In this document: positions 21,514 through 29,244 of the stretch, one piece after another
Layout of the letters: the number at the start of each line of letters is the position of its first letter
Numbering within the stretch: the stretch's first letter is position 1
Assembly: GCF_037902255.1 (NCBI RefSeq)
Contig: NZ_CP147990.1
Coordinates: 780,001-812,000, forward strand
Source: Candidatus Electrothrix sp. GW3-4
GTDB lineage: Bacteria; Desulfobacterota; Desulfobulbia; Desulfobulbales; Desulfobulbaceae
Length of the DNA: 32,000 nt
Reading direction: 5' to 3'
Notes under the pieces: model-generated
What the model was told of the DNA's origin: nothing
What the model saw: the letters and a program-made list of their open reading frames with translations, nothing else
Database searches by the model: none
Made by a program: the position numbers and the translations under genes

Positions 21514-23330
21514 AGTATGGCAGATACGAGGTCCTCTCTGAACTCGGCCGGGGCTCTATGGGTATGGTGTTCCAGGCCCATGATCCCCAGATTGATCGTC
21601 TGATCGCCCTCAAGGTCCTGCGTGAAGACCGGCTGACCTCTGAGGACTATGTGAAGCGTTTCCTGAAAGAGGCAACAGCGGTGGGCCGTCTCTCACATCC
21701 TGGCATCGTTACGGTCTATGATGTGGGCCAGGACCATGGAACGATTTATATCGCCATGGAGTTTCTCCAGGGACAGCCCCTGGATACCTTGAGCAAAAAC
21801 AGGGCCTGCGCTCAGGAGGATATTATCCGGATCGGCATCCAGGCGGCCGAGGCCCTCCATTATGCCCATGAACGGGGGATTGTTCATCGGGACATCAAAC
21901 CGCCCAATATTATCTGCGATCAGGCCATGAGAGTCAAGATCACTGATTTTGGCATTGCCCATATTGATGATCCAGAGGGGCAGCAGATGACCAGGGCGGG
22001 TGAGATACTGGGCACACCTGTCTATATGGCCCCTGAGCAGGTCCTTGGCCAACAGGTGGACGGGCGTTCTGATATCTATTCCTTGGGCGTGATTCTCTAT
22101 GAACTCTCAACCGGCCAACGACCCTTTCAGGGGGAGAGTCTGGCCTCGCTCTTTCAGGCGATCACCCTGAACGACCCTGTTGCTCCAGATCAGCTCAACC
22201 ATGAGCTTCCTTCTTCCCTTTGTCAGGTGATTATGAAGGCCATGGCCAGGGAACCCGAGGGGCGTTTTGCCACAGGTCAGGCGTTGGCCGATCAGCTTGC
22301 TCTTTGCCTTGCCAGGAGGGAACCGGGTCCGTTGTTTGGGCAAAAAACACCAGTACCCCCACGCCAGCGACGTAGCGGGCTGGGGCTTTTTTTGCTTCTT
22401 GCCTTGCTGATCGCTGGAGGAGGGCTGGCTGCCTATCATTACCACTACCTCTGGTGGCCTCTTGTCTCTGAGGTATTTGAGGTGGCTGAGGAAAAGCAAC
22501 AGGCGGATATTTCTGTACCTGCTGTTTTGCCTCCAGAAGGGGAGCAGGAGGGGCTCCCGGCAAGGGGCACAGAAGGGGAACCAGAGGCGGAACAGGAGAC
22601 AGAACCTCCTGACAGCATCAAGGACGCTTTCGATAAACCTCTTGATGAAAGGGAACCACTGCCTGTCTCGGAGCTGCAATTGGAACCGGACACCAGCAGG
22701 GATTCCAATACGATAATCACCGTGCAACCTGATGGGCGTAAAAGACCGGTACAGCGGGCGACAAGGGAGGAACCAGAGGCGTATGACCGACTTCTCGACG
22801 AGATCCTTTCCGAAGAAAAGCCCAAGCCGCTGGATATCCCCCCAGAGGAGGATGCACCTCCTGCTGCGGCAGGGACGACCACAAGAACACCTGTGACACC
22901 CCCTGCCGTTCCCTCAGAAGAGTCTGGCCGGGCTCAGCAGGATGATACCCTGCTTGATGAGATTCTCTCAGAAGATAAACCGAAGCCGCCCAAGCCTGTT
23001 GTCCAACCTGCTGAACAGAAACCGCCGATAACTGAGCAGCCTTCACGGGCACCTGCAAAAGACAGGATGGAGAGTGCTTCCTCCTCTAAGGACAAGAAGG
23101 AAAAAGACCCAGCCAAGAAACGTGCTCTCTTAACAATTAAAAGTCGTCCGGAAAAGGCCAAGCTGTATCTGGACGGGGAGTATAAAGGAGAAACCCCTGT
23201 GGAGCTGAGAGTCTCAGCTGCCAAACATGAGGTCGTCCTGGAGCTGCCAGGCCATCTGGACTGGAAGGCCCAGCTTGACCTGAGCAAGGGGGAGGATCTT
23301 TCGGTCTCCCCCCGTTTAGCCCCGGAATAA
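21510..23330 (+). CDS. Hanks-type Ser/Thr protein kinase with TM helix, acidic low-complexity linker and C-terminal PEGA domain
   Basis: GRGSMGMVF, ALKVL, HRDIKPPNI, DFGIA and GTPVYMAPE. TM helix: GLGLFLLLALLIAGGGLAAY. PEGA-like: LTIKSRPEKAKLYLDGEYKGETPVEL...HEVVLELPGH. Its start overlaps the protease stop (ATGA at 21510-21513). Confidence 0.9.
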   Translation: MKYGRYEVLSELGRGSMGMVFQAHDPQIDRLIALKVLREDRLTSEDYVKRFLKEATAVGRLSHPGIVTVYDVGQDHGTIYIAMEFLQGQPLDTLSKNRACAQEDIIRIGIQAAEALHYAHERGIVHRDIKPPNIICDQAMRVKITDFGIAHIDDPEGQQMTRAGEILGTPVYMAPEQVLGQQVDGRSDIYSLGVILYELSTGQRPFQGESLASLFQAITLNDPVAPDQLNHELPSSLCQVIMKAMAREPEGRFATGQALADQLALCLARREPGPLFGQKTPVPPRQRRSGLGLFLLLALLIAGGGLAAYHYHYLWWPLVSEVFEVAEEKQQADISVPAVLPPEGEQEGLPARGTEGEPEAEQETEPPDSIKDAFDKPLDEREPLPVSELQLEPDTSRDSNTIITVQPDGRKRPVQRATREEPEAYDRLLDEILSEEKPKPLDIPPEEDAPPAAAGTTTRTPVTPPAVPSEESGRAQQDDTLLDEILSEDKPKPPKPVVQPAEQKPPITEQPSRAPAKDRMESASSSKDKKEKDPAKKRALLTIKSRPEKAKLYLDGEYKGETPVELRVSAAKHEVVLELPGHLDWKAQLDLSKGEDLSVSPRLAPE

Positions 23331-23366
23331 TCTTCATCCCTGCCCCTTTGGAGAGGGATAACAACG

Positions 23367-23566
23367 CATGAAAGGTGATCAGACGACTCCAAGGAGCCGT
23401 CGGTACTTTCATATAACGCCCTCCCAGGGACAAGAAAACATGAAAGATGGGAATCCTGGTCGCCTTTGTCAACCACTTTCATATAAACGACCATGAGCTT
23501 GCGCTCATAATAAAAGCATGAAAAGTAACAGATGACTCGTCCGGGTCATCCGTCATTTTTATATAA
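23367..23566 (+). repeat. Three tandem copies of a ~50-nt nested-hairpin element (CATGAAAG-N31-33-CTTTCATATAA)
   Basis: Units at 23367-23416, 23439-23486 and 23517-23566. The outer inverted repeat is ATGAAAG/CTTTCAT. Inner stems include GACGACTCC/GGAGCCGTC (unit 1) and GATGAC/GTCATC (unit 3). A fourth copy in the opposite orientation lies at 28966-29015. Confidence 0.6.
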
Positions 23567-23599
23567 AAATCAACAGCTATGTTTAATAAGGAGGAGTTC

Positions 23600-25552
23600 A
23601 TGCCCCGTTCCCTGCTGCTTTTTTTCGTTGTGATATTGCTTTGTTCATGGTCGACACCATGCCTGAGCCAGTTTGCTCCCGGGGAGCTTGCCCCGGATTT
23701 CACCCTGGAGGATGTGTACGGTCGTCCGTATCAACTGGCGGCTATGAAGGAGAGTTCGCTCATTGTCCTTTATTTCTTTGATACTGCCTCCCCGGCGAGC
23801 CAGGAGGGATTGCTGACCCTGAATCAGCTGCTGAGCAGATTTAAAGAAAAGGATCTGCTGGTCTGGGGGATCACCAAGGCCACGACAAAGAGTATTTCTG
23901 ATTTCCTGACAACGAATAAGGTCAGTTTTCCGGTGATGCACGACCATAAAGGAGTCAGTGCGACCTATCAGGCAGAATCTATCCTGCCGACCATCTATAT
24001 CCTGGGGCCGAAGCGCAAGGTTATTGATTTTTTTCAGGGCGGTGGCCAGAGTACGGAAAAGATGTTGATCTCCTTGGCGGAAAAAGAACTACAGCGCAAT
24101 GAACCCCTGGTTGCCCAGGCGATCAGTCTCAAGGCTCAGGCAAAAAATCCTGCTTCCCTGGAGGCCAAGACTCTCTACGGCTATGCCGCCCTGAAGGCTG
24201 ATAAGGTGGATGAAGCGGAGAACACCTTTCAGAGCTTGGCCCAGGAGTCGGGAGAAGGAGAGATCCTTGGTAAAGAGGGCTTGGCCAAGGTTTATGTCCA
24301 GCAAGGAAAGCTGGATAAGGCCATGGCCGTTGCCACGGAGGTTGAGGCAAAGGCCCCGGACCGGGGTGCTGCCAATGTGATCAAGGGGGGAATTCTCTAT
24401 GCCCAGAATAAAAAAGAGGAGGCCAAGATCGAATATCAGCTGGCTGTGAAGAAACCGGCGGGCAGCGTTATCCAGAAGGCAGAAGCGCATAACCAATTAG
24501 GCCGGCTCTATGCCGATGCGGGCAATCTCAAGCAGGCCCGCATCAATTATGACCAGACTGTCGAGCTGGATCCCTATAATATTGTGGCTATGTCCAATAA
24601 AGGGGTGGCCTATCAGAAAGAAGGGCAGCTCAACAAGGCCCTGGAGATGTTTCAGCAGGCCCTGACCATTAATCAGAACGATCAGTTTTCCGCTGTCCTG
24701 GCCAGGAAGACCCAGGAGATGATGGATCTGCAGCGCAATATCGCGGCAAAGCAACGTATTGATCGACTGGTCAAGGAATTAGCAGCCCGTTTTCGTTCTC
24801 AAAAGGAAACAGCAGCACCAGACAGGGATACCTGGACTTCACGTCCCCTGGTACTTTCCTTTATTGATTTTCAGGAAAAGGGCGGCCTGAATGAGCGGGA
24901 CGGGATGTCCATGGTCCTGACCAGCCAGCTGGGTGATCGTCTGAATCAGTCTGGTCGGGTCCAGGTGGTGGAACGGGTCATCATGGACCGGCTCTTGGAG
25001 GAGTTGAATCTCGGCTCTTCCGAGCTGGCTGACCCGGCCACTGCCCTCCAGCTTGGTCGGGTCTTGGCGGCCAAGCTCATCGCCACCGGGACCCTGCTCC
25101 ATCTTCCAGACCAGAGCCTGCTCAGTCTGCGCCTGATTGATACGGAAACGACTGCTATCCCCCAGGTTTTGACCGAGAAACTGGCCTCGGGTGCCCTGGA
25201 TATTGACCAGGAGCTCGAACGGGTCAACCGGGAGATCCTGCAGACCGTTATGGAGAAGTATCCGCTGCAAGGCTTTATTGTCCAGGTGAACGGGGAGCAG
25301 GCCGTTCTCAATATCGGGGAGCGACAGGGGGTGGTTATGGGAACCTCTTTTGACGTTATTGAGCAGGGAGAGCCCATCGAATACAAGGGCAGGAAATTGC
25401 AGGGGCTGGCCAAAACCGTGGCCCGCCTGGAGGTGGTGCAGGTGCAGCCGGATATGAGTGTGGTCCGCATCCTGGAGAGTGAGCGTCCTCTTCGCCAGGA
25501 TGATAAGGTTGCGGAAAAGATCCAGCCCATGACCAGAGGAGGACGATCATGA
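23600..25552 (+). CDS. Secreted multidomain protein: thioredoxin-fold (redox-inactive) - TPR repeats - CsgG/TolB-N-like module
   Basis: The ATG at 23600 has an AGGAGG ribosome-binding site (the track start at 23579 is less likely). Signal peptide LLLFFVVILLCSW. TlpA/redoxin-like layout with SPAS in place of CxxC. TPR-like helices (aa ~190-390). C-terminal LVLSFIDFQEKGG...QSGRVQVVERVIMDRLLEELNLGSSELAD...LAAKLIATGTL. Confidence 0.75.
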   Translation: MPRSLLLFFVVILLCSWSTPCLSQFAPGELAPDFTLEDVYGRPYQLAAMKESSLIVLYFFDTASPASQEGLLTLNQLLSRFKEKDLLVWGITKATTKSISDFLTTNKVSFPVMHDHKGVSATYQAESILPTIYILGPKRKVIDFFQGGGQSTEKMLISLAEKELQRNEPLVAQAISLKAQAKNPASLEAKTLYGYAALKADKVDEAENTFQSLAQESGEGEILGKEGLAKVYVQQGKLDKAMAVATEVEAKAPDRGAANVIKGGILYAQNKKEEAKIEYQLAVKKPAGSVIQKAEAHNQLGRLYADAGNLKQARINYDQTVELDPYNIVAMSNKGVAYQKEGQLNKALEMFQQALTINQNDQFSAVLARKTQEMMDLQRNIAAKQRIDRLVKELAARFRSQKETAAPDRDTWTSRPLVLSFIDFQEKGGLNERDGMSMVLTSQLGDRLNQSGRVQVVERVIMDRLLEELNLGSSELADPATALQLGRVLAAKLIATGTLLHLPDQSLLSLRLIDTETTAIPQVLTEKLASGALDIDQELERVNREILQTVMEKYPLQGFIVQVNGEQAVLNIGERQGVVMGTSFDVIEQGEPIEYKGRKLQGLAKTVARLEVVQVQPDMSVVRILESERPLRQDDKVAEKIQPMTRGGRS

Positions 25553-26076
25553 GGGCCGGTCGATGGGTTTTTTTCTCTTGGCTGATATTCTTGTTCCTGC
25601 TCGGCGGCTGCGCCCAGCCGCCGAGTCAGATGACATCTGAACCCTATACCCCCAAGAGCTACGGTCCGGGCAGTGTGATCGCAGTCTGGGATCTGGAAAA
25701 TTTCTCCATCACCGAGAATCAGATCCTGGAGGATATGCAGGAGTTCCTGACAGTCAAGGTGACCGAGACCCTCAAGGAGCAAGGGGGCTATGTGGTGATC
25801 GAACGCCAGAAGCTGCTGCTGGCTCTGGAGGAGTTACAGCTCGGGAGTTCCGAGCTTGCTGATGAGAACAGCAGGTTGGAGATCGGCCGCCTGATCGGGG
25901 CCCAGCTTATGGTCTTTGGTGGCTATCAGCAAGTCGGTGAGCAATTGCGCATCGACCTGCGTATGGTGGAGGTTGAATCAGGGGCGGTGCTCCGCACTGC
26001 CGAGCATACCGCGACAGCAGCTGCTCCAGCTGGAGTGTTGGCTACTGCGGAGGCGGTTGCTAAGGAATTATTGTAA
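25549..26076 (+). CDS. Lipoprotein consisting of a single CsgG/TolB-N-like module
   Basis: Lipobox LLGGC. VIAVWDLENFS...QGGYVVIERQKLLLALEELQLGSSELAD...IGAQLMVFGGY. Its start overlaps the upstream stop (ATGA at 25549-25552). Confidence 0.75.
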   Translation: MRAGRWVFFSWLIFLFLLGGCAQPPSQMTSEPYTPKSYGPGSVIAVWDLENFSITENQILEDMQEFLTVKVTETLKEQGGYVVIERQKLLLALEELQLGSSELADENSRLEIGRLIGAQLMVFGGYQQVGEQLRIDLRMVEVESGAVLRTAEHTATAAAPAGVLATAEAVAKELL

Positions 26077-26098
26077 CCCTTCCTGGTAACGGGGTGCT

Positions 26099-27361
26099 TT
26101 ATTCCATATCGTAACTAAAGGTGGTGGTGCCGCTGAGCGTATTTCCCTCAGTGTCCTGGAAATCTGTTAGCATCACAGTTAATGTACAACCACCTTCGCA
26201 GTTAACTGTACACCATCTATAGTTCTGACTCCATGAAAAATAGTAATCTCCATCCCAACCGCCGCTTGCTTCGAAGCCGCTCGGGCTGTTGATATCTACC
26301 TGGCCGACAGATGTATCCATGTCTCTGGAAAATTGGAACCTAATTCCCCCTTGGGCACAACTCAAAGGAGTTGTAAATGGAATATCAGTCACTGTAGGGC
26401 CTTCGGCTGGCGCTTGCTCTGTAGTGTCATCACCTCCATCGTCGTTCAAGAGATAAACTGCCCCGGCGCCAGCAGCAGCCAAGCCCAGCCCTACTCCGAT
26501 AACCGTGCCTGTGGAGATGCCGCCCTGACTCTCAACCGCAGGCTCAGACGGTTCGCCTTGCTCTGCTACCTCTTCGCTGCGAATCAGGCCCATGTCCTTT
26601 AGCTCCTGCAGGGCACTCTTGGCCATGGCCAGAGAGGGATCTTCCGCCAGAGCCTGTTTGTACATCTTGGCCGCCAGATTGTACAGCGCCCGGTCCGAAT
26701 AATCTATCCCCAGGAACAGGGCCAGCAGGGCCGGGGTGCTCTTGGACAGGGGGCGTTTCAGCTCTGCTCTCTTTTGTGGGGAAAGGGTAATCTGCATATA
26801 TTCAACGATATGAAAGAGGATCTCTTTTTCCAGGCGAAAGAGTTCATCCAGGGCCCCAGCTGCTGAGGGCTGACGGGCAAGCTGGTCCAGGGGGATGTCG
26901 AGAATCGAGGAGCTGAGCTCAAGTTCCTGTGCTGTGCCCTCCTGAATGTCGCCACTGGTTACCTTGGCGACACCGAGCAGTTTACCGACCCTGGGTGCGC
27001 TTTCTGTAGCCACCAGACCAGAGGAACCCAGGTCCAGCTCATCCAACAGGGCCTGCATCCTGACCCGCTCCACCACCCGAAGCTGCTCCACCTTGGCCAG
27101 ATCCGTGATCAGCATCACGGCCATTCCCTTTTGCAGTGGTGTGAGTTTGCCCTGTCCTGACCTGTTGTTGAAGTAGAGCACGGCCAGGGAGTTTGGTGCG
27201 CTGGTCACCCCTTGGGTTGTGAGCGTTTGTTCCTGCTCAAGGGCCTGCTTAGCCCAGTCGCGTTCTGTCTGGCTAACGACCTGACCTGCCTGGGCAAGGG
27301 CTGCGCAGTACAGCCAGCTGATGGTGAGTGCAGTGAAGCGAAACATTGTCGTATACTTCAT
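26099..27361 (-). CDS. Paralog A: signal peptide - CsgG/TolB-N-like module - TPR-like helix pair - Gly-rich TM segment - variable Ig-like C-terminal domain
   Basis: The start at 27361 (MKYTTMFRF...) has an AGGAGA ribosome-binding site. LAVLYFNNRSGQGKLTPLQKGMAVMLITDLAKVEQLRVVERVRMQALLDELDLGSSGL. TM segment: GTVIGVGLGLAAAGAGAVYLL. The C-terminus GPTVTDIPF...IRFQFSRDMD resembles SbsA/Big_5-type Ig domains. Confidence 0.75.
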   Translation of the reverse strand: MKYTTMFRFTALTISWLYCAALAQAGQVVSQTERDWAKQALEQEQTLTTQGVTSAPNSLAVLYFNNRSGQGKLTPLQKGMAVMLITDLAKVEQLRVVERVRMQALLDELDLGSSGLVATESAPRVGKLLGVAKVTSGDIQEGTAQELELSSSILDIPLDQLARQPSAAGALDELFRLEKEILFHIVEYMQITLSPQKRAELKRPLSKSTPALLALFLGIDYSDRALYNLAAKMYKQALAEDPSLAMAKSALQELKDMGLIRSEEVAEQGEPSEPAVESQGGISTGTVIGVGLGLAAAGAGAVYLLNDDGGDDTTEQAPAEGPTVTDIPFTTPLSCAQGGIRFQFSRDMDTSVGQVDINSPSGFEASGGWDGDYYFSWSQNYRWCTVNCEGGCTLTVMLTDFQDTEGNTLSGTTTFSYDME

Positions 27362-27557
27362 GATCTTTCTCCTGTGCAAAAATGGCCAATGATGAGAGTT
27401 GCCGGAAGCCGTTCTTCGTGTCGATAGATATTGTTGTCCACACAACAGATGATGTGGAGGCCCTGCCACCAAGTAGCAGAAAAAGCCCCCTGGCAGTATT
27501 GTCTGCTAACCTCCTGTTAACCCTCCTGCTAACCATAGGGGGGCGCGATCACAACTT

Positions 27558-27585
27558 CCCTCAAGATCAAGGATCGTCTTGAGGG
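27558..27585 (-). terminator. Candidate terminator hairpin downstream of paralog B
   Basis: Perfect 9-bp stem CCCTCAAGA / TCTTGAGGG with a 10-nt loop, 13 nt beyond the stop at 27598. No clear U-tract, hence the low confidence. Confidence 0.3.
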
Positions 27586-27597
27586 TGCTTAAGCAGG

Positions 27598-28881
27598 CTA
27601 TAGTTCGGATTGGAGCGCCGTAGAATTTCGAGAAGAATACGTAAAGCTGGTTGGTTCGGCAAGCAGATTCTCTGATGTGTCTTTGAAACCACTCAAGGTC
27701 ACTGTGATGGGGGACAAGTTATTGCATATGCTCTCATCAGCTGACCAATTGACTTCGTAGACCCTGTTCCCCCGCCAGCCCTGCTGTATTATGCCTTCGT
27801 TGGAGAGAAGGGCCTCCCCTGTCTCGGCCATTGCCTCGGAAAAGGAAAAGAGGATATTACCTCCGCTGCAGTCCAGGGCGGTATTTTCTGCCGGATCAGC
27901 CGTGACTGTGGGGGGAGTCGTGTCTTCGGGATCCACTGGAGTCGTTTCGCTCTCATCATCATCCTGCCCGAGTGCAAAGGCCAGACCGCCTCCGACAGCA
28001 GCTACTCCCAGTCCGATGGCAACGATACTTCCTGTTGATAAACCATCATCGGGTGCAGAGGCAGGGAGAGGAGGTTGAGGTCCTCTTTGTTCTCCGCTTA
28101 ACTCTTCAAGGGTCACCAAGCCCATACCCTTCAGCTCTAAGAGGGCATTTTGGGCCATCTTGAGGCTGGGATCTTCAATCAGGGCCTGTTCATACATATT
28201 GGCGGCCCTGAGGTACAGGCCTCTGTCCGAGTAATCAATCCCGGCAAACAGGGCCAGCAGGGCAGCGGTGCTGGTGGACAGGGGACGTTCCAGCTCCGCC
28301 TTTTTTTGCGGAGAAAGCGCTATCTGCATGTGGTCAATAATATGAAACAGGACCTTTTTTTCCAACTTGAAGATCTCGTTTACTGCCCCGGCAGCTGGTT
28401 GCTGGGGAGTAAACTTGTCAAGAGGGACATCAAAGACAGAGGAACTGATTTCAAGCTCCTTACTTGTCCCCTGGAGAATATCTCCTCCGGTTACATAGCT
28501 GGCCCTGAGCAGCAGGCCGACTTCCGGGGCCGTCTCTGCATCCATCAGGCCGGAGGCTCCGAGTTCCATCTCGTCCAGGAGTGCTTGCAGTTTGGTCCGC
28601 TCCACGACCCGGATCTTCTCCACCTTGGCCAGGTCGGTAATCAGCATGACCGCCATCCCTTTTTGCAGCGGGGTCAAGCGCTCGCGGCCGGATCTGTTGT
28701 TGAAATACATGACAGCGATAGCATTTGGGGTGCTTATCGCTCCCAATGTCTTTTCTTGGGTCAGGACTTGTCGGGCCCACGCCCTCTCTTCCTGGGTAAT
28801 GACCTGGCCAGCCTGGGCCACGGCAGTGCAGTACAACCAGATGAGGGTCAGCGAGGTTAAGCGAAGGACTGTGTTGTTCAT
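27598..28881 (-). CDS. Paralog B of the CsgG/TolB-N-like - TM - variable C-terminus family
   Basis: The start at 28881 (MNNTVLRL...) has an AGGAGAGG ribosome-binding site. The N-terminal ~290 aa are collinear with paralogs A and C. TM segment: GSIVAIGLGVAAVGGGLAFAL. The C-terminus PPTVTADPAEN...ILFSFSEAMAE is unrelated in sequence to A and C. Confidence 0.75.
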   Translation of the reverse strand: MNNTVLRLTSLTLIWLYCTAVAQAGQVITQEERAWARQVLTQEKTLGAISTPNAIAVMYFNNRSGRERLTPLQKGMAVMLITDLAKVEKIRVVERTKLQALLDEMELGASGLMDAETAPEVGLLLRASYVTGGDILQGTSKELEISSSVFDVPLDKFTPQQPAAGAVNEIFKLEKKVLFHIIDHMQIALSPQKKAELERPLSTSTAALLALFAGIDYSDRGLYLRAANMYEQALIEDPSLKMAQNALLELKGMGLVTLEELSGEQRGPQPPLPASAPDDGLSTGSIVAIGLGVAAVGGGLAFALGQDDDESETTPVDPEDTTPPTVTADPAENTALDCSGGNILFSFSEAMAETGEALLSNEGIIQQGWRGNRVYEVNWSADESICNNLSPITVTLSGFKDTSENLLAEPTSFTYSSRNSTALQSEL

Positions 28882-28965
28882 ATATCCTCTCCTTGGCGCT
28901 GAATTGTATTCCACGTCAGAAGCGCTAGGTAAAAAAGGTTGATAAAAAATGGTCTTGCTGTGGTT

Positions 28966-29015
28966 TTATATGAAAGTATCGATGACTCCTTGAAGTCGTC
29001 CGGTCACCTTTCATG
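28966..29015 (-). repeat. Fourth copy of the nested-hairpin element, upstream of paralog B
   Basis: Read on the minus strand it is CATGAAAGGTGACCGGACGACTTCAAGGAGTCATCGATACTTTCATATAA, closely matching unit 1 at 23367-23416. It lies ~85 nt upstream of the paralog B start. Confidence 0.6.
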
Positions 29016-29050
29016 CCTTGTTGTCCCTCCCCAGAGGGGGAGGGTGGCCG

Positions 29051-29244
29051 TTACTGACAGCTAATATCGAAAGAAATGAGGGTTGCATCCCCTGGGAGCT
29101 CAAGGGCATTATCGTCAGTATCACGGATATTGCTTACATCAATAGTGATTGACAGGTAATATCGAACGAGATGGGGTTTGCATCCCCTGGGAGCTCAAGG
29201 GCATTATCGTCAGTATCACGGAGATTACTTACATCAATAGTGAT
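29051..29244. repeat. Tandem ~95-99 bp duplication covering the 3' end of paralog C
   Basis: 29051-29149 and 29150-29244 are near-identical, sharing ...GCATCCCCTGGGAGCTCAAGGGCATTATCGTCAGTATCACGGA.ATT.CTTACATCAATAGTGAT. Confidence 0.85.

Noticed and set aside
24946-25782. 278-aa minus-strand ORF, plus other minus ORFs within 23645-25550
   Set aside because: They are antisense to the TPR/CsgG-like gene and the lipoprotein gene. Composition is Ser/Arg-rich with no motifs.
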